From Thermosynechococcaceae cyanobacterium YX3bin19 (GTDB taxonomy: Bacteria; Cyanobacteriota; Cyanobacteriia; Thermosynechococcales; Thermosynechococcaceae): a stretch of 64,000 bases of DNA. Below, piece after piece: positions 63,572 to 64,000 of the stretch (position 1 is its first letter; every line of letters starts with the position of its first letter). The notes beneath the pieces were generated by a model, which saw only the letters and a list, made by a program, of their open reading frames with translations, searched no databases and was not told the DNA's origin. The DNA lies in NCBI GenBank assembly GCA_030447595.1, contig JAUJON010000002.1:12484-76483 (forward strand), given 5' to 3'. Made by a program: the position numbers and the translations under genes.

Positions 63572-64000
63572 CTAAGCTCCAATCCGAGTTGGCACTGCAA
63601 CCTGGCGGCGCGGCACGTTGTGGGCAAGAAAGTCATAGGCCAGTTTAGTATTAGGGAAAATTGCCCGCGCTCCCTCCAGCAAGTCATCCAGTTGCAGTGC
63701 GTTACCTGGGGCATAGCGGGGGCTGAAGTGGGTTAGGAAGAGCAATTTAGCCTGGGCCATAAGAGCAACCTGGGCAGCCATGGTCGATGTGGAGTGCGAT
63801 CGCTGGTAGGCCAGTTCGGCATCTTGATGAGCAAAAGTCGCTTCGTGAATCAGCAGATCAGCGTCCTGGCCAGCTCCACCGCCTCGTTGCAGTAAATCGT
63901 ATCAGTGCAGTAGGCGATCTTGCGGCCAGCTTCTGCTGAGCCACAAAAGTCAGCACCATTGAGCTGACGGCCATCCGTCAACGTTACTTGTTTGCCCTGC
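63572..64000 (-). pseudogene. rnz: ribonuclease Z (metallo-beta-lactamase fold), C-terminal part, frame-disrupted; runs off the window end
   Basis: The C-terminal piece 63572..63781 reads [15 protein letters not shown] ... AYDFL. Upstream, other frames read ...[51 protein letters not shown]. Confidence 0.8.

Overview
This is a cyanobacterial chromosomal segment. HIP1 palindromes (GCGATCGC) are scattered throughout, and apcF, ccsA, ycf54, hmpF and a cyanobacterial-type rnpB are present. Most of the window is housekeeping genes. The main functional unit is a nitrogen-assimilation locus: glnA (partial, at the window start), then nirA-nrtABCD-(ClC channel)-nrtP-narB at 8.2-21.0 kb. It is flanked by four NtcA boxes, plus one GTG-variant box upstream of the ClC gene, all with exact GTA-N8-TAC-N22-TAN3T geometry. 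It is unusual that one locus holds both the ABC-type (nrtABCD) and MFS-type (nrtP) nitrate transporters plus a divergent ClC gene. Directly after narB lie a truncated Na+/H+ antiporter remnant and a 1.2-kb stretch with no ORF of 60 aa or more in any frame. That stretch contains a tandem pair of elements with conserved cores and variable-length spacers, each followed by a short ORF. I could not assign it to any RNA family I know, and it is my best candidate for something undescribed. Other points of interest are a large-serine-recombinase-like protein whose catalytic residues appear substituted (next to tRNA-Lys) and a radical-SAM/processive-GT2 gene pair. Major caveat: by my reading roughly forty or more frame disruptions occur, clustered in multi-gene blocks and often at homopolymer runs, while other long genes are intact. 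This looks like regional consensus or assembly error rather than true decay, so every 'pseudogene' label here is provisional. I found no CRISPR array, rRNA gene or obvious IS element or prophage.
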